NCBI GenBank assembly: GCA_027030635.1
Contig: JALVES010000081.1
Span: 1-40,850, forward strand
DNA from: Saprospiraceae bacterium
GTDB taxonomy: Bacteria > Bacteroidota > Bacteroidia > Chitinophagales > Saprospiraceae
Length of the DNA stretch: 40,850 nt
Reading direction: 5' to 3'
The position numbers and the translations under genes were made by a program. The notes beneath the pieces are model-generated. The model was not told where the DNA came from and made no database searches. It saw only the letters and a list, made by a program, of their open reading frames with translations. Shown in pieces: positions 28,456 through 35,454 of the stretch (positions within the stretch are counted from its first letter, which is position 1; each line of letters starts with the position of its first letter).

Positions 28456-28572
28456 AATGTGGAACGCTATGCGTTTTAATGTGGAACGCTACGCGTTCTA
28501 ATGTGGAACGCTGCGCGTTCTAATGTGGAACGCTGCGCGTTCTAATGTGGAGACCTTGCGGTCTCTAATGTG
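28456..28572. repeat. Five tandem 22-23-bp units, each AATGTG plus a 6-bp-stem hairpin, plus a partial sixth unit
   Basis: Units start at 28456, 28478, 28500, 28522 and 28544. Units 1-4 carry ggaacgcNNNgcgttY. Unit 5 carries gagacc ttgc ggtctc. Confidence 0.95.
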
Positions 28573-28603
28573 ATTTTACGCTCGCTTCGCATCGCGGAAA
28601 TAA

Positions 28604-28738
28604 TTGAGAATGGAAAATGGAGAATGACCTCTCCGTGAACCCCGTGAACTCCGTGGTGAAAAAATTGAAAATGGAAAATGGAGAATGAAGAATGACCTCT
28701 CCGTGAGCACTCCGTGTACGCCGTGAACTCCGTGGTGA
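28604..28738. repeat. Two imperfect direct copies (56 and 74 bp) built from GARAATG heptamers and CCGTGNAC 9-mers
   Basis: Copy A is 28604-28659: ttgagaatggaaaatggagaatgacctctccgtgaaccccgtgaactccgtggtga. Copy B is 28665-28738 and has extra internal units. Confidence 0.9.
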
Positions 28739-28794
28739 GTTTACTGCTATGCCCTTGACCCCGTATTCGAGCCTGGTTGGGCTCTGATTGTTAC

Positions 28795-29070
28795 GCGTCA
28801 CGCTCATCACGTTCGTTACGTTCATCACGTTCATCACGCTCATCGTCAGAATCACAGATTACACGGATTACACAGATTGACACAGATTGAGCCCCGCTTC
28901 CACCGATTAGGCCGATTTCACCGATTTACCCAATTTCACCGATTCCACCCTCCATCGTCAGAATCACAGATTACACGGATTATGGGATTGCACAGATTTT
29001 TTGCTTTTTGCTAAGCTGCTCACCCCGTCACGTTCGTCACGCCGTCTCTTCCGATTTCACTGATTCCGCC
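28795..29070. repeat. Composite block of 9-10-bp tandem words, partly duplicated
   Basis: The words catcacgtt, cacagatta and caccgattt run in short tandem series. An exact 30-nt duplicate catcgtcagaatcacagattacacggatta occurs at 28841-28870 and 28953-28982. Confidence 0.9.
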
Positions 29071-29134
29071 AAGCCGTATCGTACGCGCGCTAAAGCACGC
29101 GGTACTTATTGACGGGCTAAAGCCCGCCCAACTC

Positions 29135-29194
29135 AACGCTAAACACTAAACACTAAACGATACACGATAAACGATAAACAATAAACAATAAACC
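29135..29194. repeat. 7-8-bp tandem words (cactaaa / cgataaa / caataaa)
   Basis: aacgctaaacactaaacactaaacgatacacgataaacgataaacaataaacaataaacc. Confidence 0.9.
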
Positions 29195-29203
29195 AACGCG
29201 TCC

Positions 29204-29265
29204 GACAACAGACAACAGACAACAGACAACAGACAACAGACAACAGACAACAGACAACAGACAAC
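29204..29265. repeat. Perfect heptanucleotide microsatellite: (GACAACA) x 8 plus a partial copy
   Basis: Units start every 7 nt from 29204 to 29253. The array ends 2 nt from the stop codon of the M15 peptidase gene. Confidence 0.97.
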
Positions 29266-29267
29266 CG

Positions 29268-30098
29268 CTACAAACACTCCGGATTAATCCCCAGCACATA
29301 GTGCTCCACGACTTGAATAGCCGTTGCTGTTTCTGCGCCGGCGAAGCCGCTGATGTCTTCGTCTTTTAGTTCGGTTTTGGCCAGGGCTGTGAGTTTGCGG
29401 GCCAGGGGGAGGTAAGACCAGTGCCATTTTTCCTCCTCATAGCCGTAGGGGCGTTTGGGGCCTTTGGCGGTATAGACCTGGCAAAAGCCGTATTCGGCGG
29501 CATGGGCTTGCAGCCATTCGTATTCTTTGAGCCCCCGGCCTTGCTCGAAGTAGCTGTTTTCGAGCGCGTTGAGGTCCACGTCTGTGCCCCAATGGTGGCG
29601 CGAAGTGCCGGGCATGGAGGAGTATCTCAGTATGGTTTTTGCCCTTTCGACGGGGTCTTTGACGGCTTTCGCCAAATTTTGTCCCTCGACCGGCCGGCGC
29701 CCCGTCCACTTGGCTTCCCAGATGCTTTTTTGGCGGGTAAAGGGGCGGGTGGCGGATATGATGGTGAGTCTGATGCCGTCTTTTTTGGCTGCTTCGTACA
29801 TTTTGGCGAAAGCCTCAAAAGTCAGCCGATGCAGGTAGTATCCCTCCTCATCGGCATAGGGCTTGCCGAAGCGCACGAACTCGGGTTGTTTGGCGGGGTC
29901 AAATTTGCCCATGAGGTAGTCTTTGGAGAAAATGTAGGCGCTGTCAAAGGGGATTTGCTCTCCGGTGTTTTTAGAGCTGTCTTTGGCTCCGGGAGTTTCT
30001 TCTTTGGCCTTATCTGCCATGACTTTGGGGCTTGAGGCCGGTTCGGAGCAGGCCGCGAGCAAGAGCGATAAAAGGAGGAAAAGAGGCATGGTTTTCAT
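29268..30098 (-). CDS. M15-family D-alanyl-D-alanine carboxypeptidase-like (VanY-type) lipoprotein
   Basis: 276 aa. Lipobox LLLSLLLAAC. Zinc-ligand motifs SRHHWGTDVDLN and EEKWHWSY. Confidence 0.8.
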   Translation of the reverse strand: MKTMPLFLLLSLLLAACSEPASSPKVMADKAKEETPGAKDSSKNTGEQIPFDSAYIFSKDYLMGKFDPAKQPEFVRFGKPYADEEGYYLHRLTFEAFAKMYEAAKKDGIRLTIISATRPFTRQKSIWEAKWTGRRPVEGQNLAKAVKDPVERAKTILRYSSMPGTSRHHWGTDVDLNALENSYFEQGRGLKEYEWLQAHAAEYGFCQVYTAKGPKRPYGYEEEKWHWSYLPLARKLTALAKTELKDEDISGFAGAETATAIQVVEHYVLGINPECL

Positions 30099-30161
30099 AC
30101 GGGTTATGGCTTTATGCTTTGGTGAAGATCGTTCAGCCCGGTGCTTAGACCTTGCTGCTAT

Positions 30162-31589
30162 CTATCCGGGCGTAGCTTTGGAGCGTTTTTTGCTGAGGGG
30201 GTAGCCAAACAGTCCTTTCTCTTTGATGGCTTTGACGACTTCGGGAGGCACGGATTCTTCCCAGCCCGATTCGCCGGCCTGCAATTGAGCAAGCACCTGG
30301 TCGGTGGGGATTTTGAGCGCTTTGGGGTTGAAGTAGCGCACATCTGTGATTTGGCCGCTTTCCTGCAGGTGTTTGTAGATGTACTTCATGCCTTCGGGAA
30401 TGGGCAGGTTTTGGGAGTCCATGCGATGGCGGTCGTCGGCTTCGATGTTGGGATAGACGTACATGGTTACGTTGCGGGTAAAGATTTCGCCGAAGGAGAC
30501 GAGCAGGCGGCCGTCTTTGTTGCGCTCGTATTTTTCCCGGATGATGTCGAGCAGGTGATAGGCGCCGATGACGAGACCTATCTTCTGGATGCGGAAATCG
30601 GCGAGATATTCGATGAGTTCGTTGTAGTGTTCGTACTTGGAGAGCAGCACCATTTTGTCCATGGCTGCGAGGGCGTCGGCGCGGTCGAGGAAGTCGGCTT
30701 CGCGTTCTTCGCCTTCGCCATGCAGGTCTTCGAGTCGCAATTCGGCCAGCACTTCGGAGCGGGCGGCCTCTTCGTCGCCGAGGTCTTCCTGGAATTGGCG
30801 ATAGGCATTGGTGAAGGTATCGGCGTGCAGCAGCGTAGGCGGGCGGAAGTTGCCGCGCGAGATCATGACGTTTTGCTTGTACAGCAAGTCGGAGCCGTGT
30901 ATGGAGCCGTTGGCATCGAAGAGCGTGAGCTTGGTCAGGCCGTAGTGTACCAGCCAATAGCTGAGCAGGCGCTTGTCTAAATCTTCAAAGTCGGGGCCCG
31001 TCAGGCGCAGCATGTCTATGGATACGCGTCCCTGCAGGCGATCCATGAGGGAGCGTATCAGTTTGCGGGGGTCTTTAGCGTGACGAAAGCAGGCGTAGAT
31101 GAGGTTGACACCGAGGATGCCGATGGCTTCCTGCTGTTGTTTTTTGTTATAGTCTTCGAGATTGACATGCAGCACGATGTCGTTGGGCGGACTTTCCGGT
31201 TCGAGCTGAAAGCGCAAGCCGACCCAGCCATGCCCCCTCACCGTGCGCTGGTAATTGACCGTCGCCACGGTATTGGCAAAGGCAAAAAAGAGAGTGTCGG
31301 GACGGCAGTTGCCGAGGCGTTCGTCCACCAGGCCGTATTCGTGCTCCAGCATTTTGTAAATGCGAGACTCACAGACGTAACGGCCCTTTTTCTCCGGCCC
31401 GTAGATCACATCCGAAAAGATCTTGTCGTAGGCCGACATGGTCTTGGCAATGGTGCCGGCTGCTGCGCCGGCCTGAAAGAAATAGCGGGCGACTTCCTGC
31501 CCGGCGCCAATTTCGGCAAAGGTGCCGTAAATCGCAGGGTCGAGATTGATTTCTAAGGCTTTTTGCTCGGTCTCTAATACTTGTTGCAT
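30162..31589 (-). CDS. Conserved protein of unknown function
   Basis: ORF open to 31613. Probable start is MQQVLETEQ at 31589. Strongly conserved-looking N-terminus INLDPAIYGTFAEIGAGQEVARYFFQAGAAAGTIAKTMSAYD. From memory, homologues are inconsistently annotated, for example as NaMN adenylyltransferase-like because of the C-terminal IPTDQVLAQLQAGESGWEESVPPEVVKAIKEKGLFGY segment. No confident family assignment. Confidence 0.75.
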   Translation of the reverse strand: MQQVLETEQKALEINLDPAIYGTFAEIGAGQEVARYFFQAGAAAGTIAKTMSAYDKIFSDVIYGPEKKGRYVCESRIYKMLEHEYGLVDERLGNCRPDTLFFAFANTVATVNYQRTVRGHGWVGLRFQLEPESPPNDIVLHVNLEDYNKKQQQEAIGILGVNLIYACFRHAKDPRKLIRSLMDRLQGRVSIDMLRLTGPDFEDLDKRLLSYWLVHYGLTKLTLFDANGSIHGSDLLYKQNVMISRGNFRPPTLLHADTFTNAYRQFQEDLGDEEAARSEVLAELRLEDLHGEGEEREADFLDRADALAAMDKMVLLSKYEHYNELIEYLADFRIQKIGLVIGAYHLLDIIREKYERNKDGRLLVSFGEIFTRNVTMYVYPNIEADDRHRMDSQNLPIPEGMKYIYKHLQESGQITDVRYFNPKALKIPTDQVLAQLQAGESGWEESVPPEVVKAIKEKGLFGYPLSKKRSKATPG

Positions 31590-31727
31590 GTAAGGCTTTT
31601 TAAGACAGGACAAAGGTAGGGCTTTTTCTTCGGCCCTGCTTTTTTGTGAATTTTCTTTGAGTAGAGGTTCATTAAGTTTTGGGCACCTGTTTCCTTTGGA
31701 AAACAGATTGTCAAGTTGAACTGGCTT

Positions 31728-31800
31728 AAAAATCCGCGAAAACCCGCGTCATCTGTCTGATTGAGCTTGCCGAAATCCGCGTCATCCGCGTTCTATCACG
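31728..31800. repeat. Short dispersed word repeats (aatccgcg x 2, ccgcgtcatc x 2)
   Basis: aaaaatccgcgaaaacccgcgtcatctgtctgattgagcttgccgaaatccgcgtcatccgcgttc. Confidence 0.8.
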
Positions 31801-31882
31801 CCCCTATTGGCTGCCTCCCGAGCCGGCCCCATAGGATAAGCGAATCTTCAAAATCCGCTCCCCGATCTTCCGCATTGGCTCC

Positions 31883-31905
31883 AGCCTGCCTGCAGCAGGC
31901 AGGCT
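31883..31905. other. Near-perfect 23-nt palindrome (11-bp arms)
   Basis: agcctgcctgc a gcaggcaggct. Confidence 0.9.
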
Positions 31906-32109
31906 CGGGGATCGGAGATGGGCTCTTACAAAGGTTCAATTGCCAGATGGTGTTATTTATTTTATGCCACTTTGCAACCAAGCCTAAGTGGATAAAAAAT
32001 AAAAGGAGTATTGGATATGCGCTGAATTTCGGGCATATTGCCATCTCAAAACTTAATTAACTATTGTTTGAATAAAGGCAACCTTTTGAAGTTCATGCTC
32101 GTAAAAGGA

Positions 32110-32131
32110 TATGTTTGCTTGTTGCAAACAT
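32110..32131 (+). promoter_or_regulatory. -7 promoter box TATGTTTG overlapping an 8-bp-stem hairpin upstream of the cytochrome operon
   Basis: TAnnTTTG at 32110-32117. The hairpin atgtttgc ttgtt gcaaacat spans 32111-32131. The ATG at 32158 follows. Confidence 0.45.
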
Positions 32132-32157
32132 CTTTTTCAAACAGATGCCCGGGGAAA

Positions 32158-33261
32158 ATGAACAAACCTGAGAAGCAAAGACATGATAAATATATCCCTC
32201 CTGAGGGGAAGTTACCCAAAGCGATATCTGTTGTGAAACACCTTTTGTCATTCCGTTATAGCCTGTTTTTGATGCTTCTCGCAGCGGGCTTGTGGACAGC
32301 CACTGCCCTGCCCGACAAGCCGCAGTGGGATGCCGATACACCTCTGTATCAGGTGCTTCGCTATCTCGGAGAGAAGCAGGCCGAACACGAATTGCCGCTG
32401 CGCCCTGCATGGGTACAGAAGGGATACGAAATCGTCCACTTCGGGCGCACCACCGATTTTGAGGGGCATCGCACTTCCTACGTCAGCAAGTACTATGTCT
32501 GTACCACTTGCCACAATGTGGAGCGGGAAGATCCCGATTTGCGAGTTAGCGATCCGGAGGCCCGCTTGTCCTATGTGAAGGAAAAGGGCATCCCCTTTTT
32601 ACAGGGAACGACTTTCCGGGGCATCGTCAATCGCGAAAGTTGGTACAACGACGACTACATCAAAAAATACGGGCCGGAGATTATCGGCAACGCTCAGCAC
32701 AGCCTGCGTTCGGCCATACAGTTGTGTGCCGTGCAATGCTCCCAGGGACGCCCGATGAAACGCTGGGAAGTGAATGCGGTGCTTTCTTATTTTTGGTCGT
32801 TGCAGTGGAAACTGGGGGATTTAGGCCTTTCGGCAAATGATTACAAAAAGCTGAATGCAGCGGGAGAGGATGAAGCAGAAAGGGCATCTCTGCGTGCCTG
32901 GCTGAAAACTTTTTACCTGCAAAAATCGCCCGCTCATTTTTTCGACGCTCCGGCCGACAAGAGAAAGGGCTATCCCGGACTGAAGGGGCGCGCCTCTGTG
33001 GGCAAAGACCTCTATGAGTTGAGCTGCCTGCATTGCCACAAGCCCGGAGGCGTCTCGCATTACATCCTCGACCACTCGAAGCTGAGCCTGAGGCACCTGA
33101 AACAGAAAATTACCAAAGACTCTCACATGTCGCTTTACCAAATCATCCCTTACGGCACTTATGCCATCCCCGGGCACCGGCCCTACATGCCGCACTACCC
33201 TTTGGAGCGCATGAGCAAGCAACAGGTGGAAGATTTGAGAGCCTATGTGGAGTCTTTTTGA
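32158..33261 (+). CDS. Membrane-anchored di-haem c-type cytochrome
   Basis: ORF open from 32038. The Met at 32158 (MNKPEKQRHDK) lies downstream of the promoter box. N-terminal TM helix YSLFLMLLAAGLWTATAL. Two CXXCH motifs: YVCTTCHNVE and LSCLHCHKPG. Confidence 0.75.
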   Translation: MNKPEKQRHDKYIPPEGKLPKAISVVKHLLSFRYSLFLMLLAAGLWTATALPDKPQWDADTPLYQVLRYLGEKQAEHELPLRPAWVQKGYEIVHFGRTTDFEGHRTSYVSKYYVCTTCHNVEREDPDLRVSDPEARLSYVKEKGIPFLQGTTFRGIVNRESWYNDDYIKKYGPEIIGNAQHSLRSAIQLCAVQCSQGRPMKRWEVNAVLSYFWSLQWKLGDLGLSANDYKKLNAAGEDEAERASLRAWLKTFYLQKSPAHFFDAPADKRKGYPGLKGRASVGKDLYELSCLHCHKPGGVSHYILDHSKLSLRHLKQKITKDSHMSLYQIIPYGTYAIPGHRPYMPHYPLERMSKQQVEDLRAYVESF

Positions 33262-33336
33262 ACTGATGACATCAAGCCCGGCGCTGTATAGCGTTTGACT
33301 TCATCATCCATACGCATTTGACAAAAACAACAGGAC

Positions 33337-34089
33337 ATGAAACAAAATGCTTTTTTCCTTTTCGCCCTCTGGGTAAGTGCCTTTCTCGGGCTGACACTTT
33401 TTTCGGCCTGCCATTCCGAGCCCATTATCGTTCAATTGCCGGATGACGGCAACAACGGCGGGAACAATGGCGGCAATAACAACGGCGGAAACAACGGCGG
33501 CAGCAATGCCAACGAGTGTCCCGAGGGTACGATTTCCTTTCAATACGAGGTGCTACCCTTATTGGTCTCTTCCTGTGCCACCAGTGGCTGCCACGATGCT
33601 GCCAGCCACAAGGAAGGTGTCATTATGGATTCCTATGATAACATCATGGAAGAAGTGAAGCCCAACAAGCCGCCGAGCAAGAGCAAGCTCTATCAGGTGC
33701 TGGTGCGCTCGGGCAGAGAGCGCATGCCGCCGCCGCCCAATCCGGCATTTACCCAGGAGCAGATTGACCTGATTGCCAACTGGATTGATCAGGGGGCGCC
33801 CAACACCGATTGCCTCCCGGCCTGTGATCCTTACAACTATACGTTCAATGCGGTGATTTATCCCACCATTCTGCAATCCTGCACGGGCTGCCACAGCGGT
33901 TCGCAGGCTTCCGGCTCGGTTTGGCTGGAGACTTATGATGACATCTACCTCTATGCCGTCAACGGGAAACTACTCGGCAGCATCAAGCACGAAGCGGGCT
34001 ACAGCGCCATGCCTCCGGGCCTGCAGTTAGACGACTGCCGCATCACGCAAATTGAAAACTGGATCAACAATGGAGCGCCCAATGATTAA
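33337..34089 (+). CDS. Lipoprotein with two PSCyt1-like (Planctomycete cytochrome c-type) modules
   Basis: Lipobox LTLFSAC and a GNNGG low-complexity linker. Module 1: VLPLLVSSCATSGCHD...ERMPPPP...IANWIDQGAP (CX4CH). Module 2: IYPTILQSCTGCHSG...GYSAMPPG...IENWINNGAP (CXXCH). Confidence 0.75.
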   Translation: MKQNAFFLFALWVSAFLGLTLFSACHSEPIIVQLPDDGNNGGNNGGNNNGGNNGGSNANECPEGTISFQYEVLPLLVSSCATSGCHDAASHKEGVIMDSYDNIMEEVKPNKPPSKSKLYQVLVRSGRERMPPPPNPAFTQEQIDLIANWIDQGAPNTDCLPACDPYNYTFNAVIYPTILQSCTGCHSGSQASGSVWLETYDDIYLYAVNGKLLGSIKHEAGYSAMPPGLQLDDCRITQIENWINNGAPND

Positions 34090-34450
34090 ACGACTCATCC
34101 CAGGTCTGTTTTTAGCAGGCTTGCTGTTCTTCAGCGCTTGCTATTACGACAACAAGGAAGACCTCTACATCGTAGAGGGCAATTGCAACACTACGGATGT
34201 AACCTTCAGTCAGACCATCCAGCCGCTGATCAACGACCAATGCGTTTCCTGCCACAAGGCGGGAAACGCCAATGGGAATGTGTTGCTGGATTCTTACACC
34301 ACCATCAAAGAGCAGGCCGACAACGGCAGATTGCTCGGTTCCGTGCATCACGAAGGCGGCTATTCGGCCATGCCTCCCGGAAGTACCTTGTCGAATTGCA
34401 GCCTCGCGCAATTGGATATCTGGGTGCAAAGCGGAGCCCCTGAAAATTGA
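34082..34450 (+). CDS. Lipoprotein with one PSCyt1-like CXXCH module
   Basis: The Met at 34082 (MIKRLIPGLFLAGLLFFSAC, with lipobox) overlaps the previous stop in the sequence ATGATTAA. Module: IQPLINDQCVSCHKAG...GYSAMPPG...LDIWVQSGAP. Confidence 0.75.
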   Translation: MIKRLIPGLFLAGLLFFSACYYDNKEDLYIVEGNCNTTDVTFSQTIQPLINDQCVSCHKAGNANGNVLLDSYTTIKEQADNGRLLGSVHHEGGYSAMPPGSTLSNCSLAQLDIWVQSGAPEN

Positions 34451-34455
34451 GTGCC

Positions 34456-35328
34456 ATGAAGAAGAATATTTTAAGGCCTGCCACCTGGCCGCTGTTTCTT
34501 TTCAGCCTCTTGTTGCCTCTTATCTTTGGCGCCCATGTCCTTTCGGCTCAGGATTATGTGTCTCGCACTTTCAGAGGCACCCGCGTCATCAACGGGCATT
34601 CTCTGGAGACCGTGCATACGGGGGAGTTGGAGTTTCTCATCTCGCACCGCTTTGGTTACATCAACAGAGGGGCTTATGAGTTTTTTGGACTCGACCAGGC
34701 AAGCATGAGGCTGGGTTTTGAGTATGGTGTGAACGATCGCCTCATGCTGGGCGTGGGGCGCAGCACCTATGGCAAACATTACGATGCTTTCGCCAAATTT
34801 CGACTCTTGCGACAGCGCACGGATGGCAAAATCCCCCTGTCCATAACCCTCTTCACTTCTGCTGCCATCAACACCCTCAAACCCACGGACCCCAACTTTC
34901 CCATTTATCTGCAATCCCGCCTCGCCTATACCTGGCAACTGCTCATAGGGGGAAAGGTCAACGATCGCCTCAGCCTGCAGCTCATGCCCACCATCGTACA
35001 CTACAACCTGGTCGAAACCGCTGAAGACCACAACGACCTCTTGAGTGCAGGCGCCGCCATCCGCTTCCGCTTCACCAAAAACGTGGCCATCCTTGCCGAA
35101 TACTACTACGTACTCCCGGGCCAGCGAACGCAGGAACTACACGATGCCTTTGCCATAGGCTTCGACATCAATACCGGCAGCCACGTCTTCCAGCTTCAAA
35201 TCACCAATGCCACCGGCATGATCGAAAAAGCCTTCATAGGCGAAACCACCGGAGATTGGGCCAAGGGCGACATCCGCCTGGGCTTTAATATCGCACGAAC
35301 CTTTAAGCTGAAGGGTAGGCGGTATTGA
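34456..35328 (+). CDS. Predicted outer-membrane beta-barrel protein (DUF5777-like)
   Basis: Signal peptide MKKNILRPATWPLFLFSLLLPLIFGAHVLSAQ. TFRGTRVINGHSLETVHTGELEFLISHRFG matches my memory of the DUF5777 N-terminal signature. Alternating hydrophobic strands run throughout, and the protein ends in ...GFNIARTFKLKGRRY. It starts 5 nt after the previous stop. Confidence 0.7.
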   Translation: MKKNILRPATWPLFLFSLLLPLIFGAHVLSAQDYVSRTFRGTRVINGHSLETVHTGELEFLISHRFGYINRGAYEFFGLDQASMRLGFEYGVNDRLMLGVGRSTYGKHYDAFAKFRLLRQRTDGKIPLSITLFTSAAINTLKPTDPNFPIYLQSRLAYTWQLLIGGKVNDRLSLQLMPTIVHYNLVETAEDHNDLLSAGAAIRFRFTKNVAILAEYYYVLPGQRTQELHDAFAIGFDINTGSHVFQLQITNATGMIEKAFIGETTGDWAKGDIRLGFNIARTFKLKGRRY

Positions 35329-35429
35329 GCTTGATGTGCCGGACACTGCAAAGGTACGTTTACAAGGTGGTTTTAGCTCATTGCAAAAAAAATACAGCTC
35401 AAAAAGTTGAAATATTGAGCTGCATCTGC

Positions 35430-35437
35430 TATATTTG
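35430..35437 (+). promoter_or_regulatory. -7 promoter box TATATTTG
   Basis: Exact TAnnTTTG 18 nt upstream of the Fic ATG. Confidence 0.45.
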
Positions 35438-35454
35438 TGAGCTAAATAAGTGGT

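Larger units (their letters stand above)
28441..29266. repeat. 826-bp gene-free mosaic of at least eight short tandem-repeat families
   Basis: Direct reading finds these blocks: 22-bp hairpin units; GARAATG heptamers; YCCGTGAAC 9-mers; CAYCACGYT 9-mers; CACRGATTR 9-10-mers; CACCGATTT 9-10-mers; ACTAAAC/GATAAAC/AATAAAC units; and a GACAACA heptamer array. Sub-features follow. Confidence 0.95.

Noticed and set aside
28456-28572. CRISPR array interpretation of the 22-bp repeats
   Set aside because: The units are directly contiguous with no unique spacers, the repeat is shorter than usual CRISPR repeats, and no cas genes are in the window.
28456-28572. Plasmid or phage replication origin (iteron array)
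   Set aside because: The format fits, but there is no Rep or initiator gene, no DnaA-box cluster and no AT-rich unwinding element that I could recognise nearby, and the context is chromosomal housekeeping genes. I kept it only as an alternative in the finding.
28565-28855. 96-aa minus-strand ORF inside the repeat mosaic (MILTMSVMNVMNVTNVMSV...)
   Set aside because: Its sequence is just the translation of tandem DNA repeats (VMNVMNV, FTTEFTGFTE). It has no promoter box or family resemblance. I treat it as an artefact of repeats that happen to lack stop codons.
30141-30980. 279-aa plus-strand ORF and 270-aa minus-strand alternative-frame ORF within the 483-aa gene
   Set aside because: Both are Arg/Ala/Pro-rich shadow ORFs typical of alternative frames of a real gene. 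The 483-aa frame is continuous and looks conserved.
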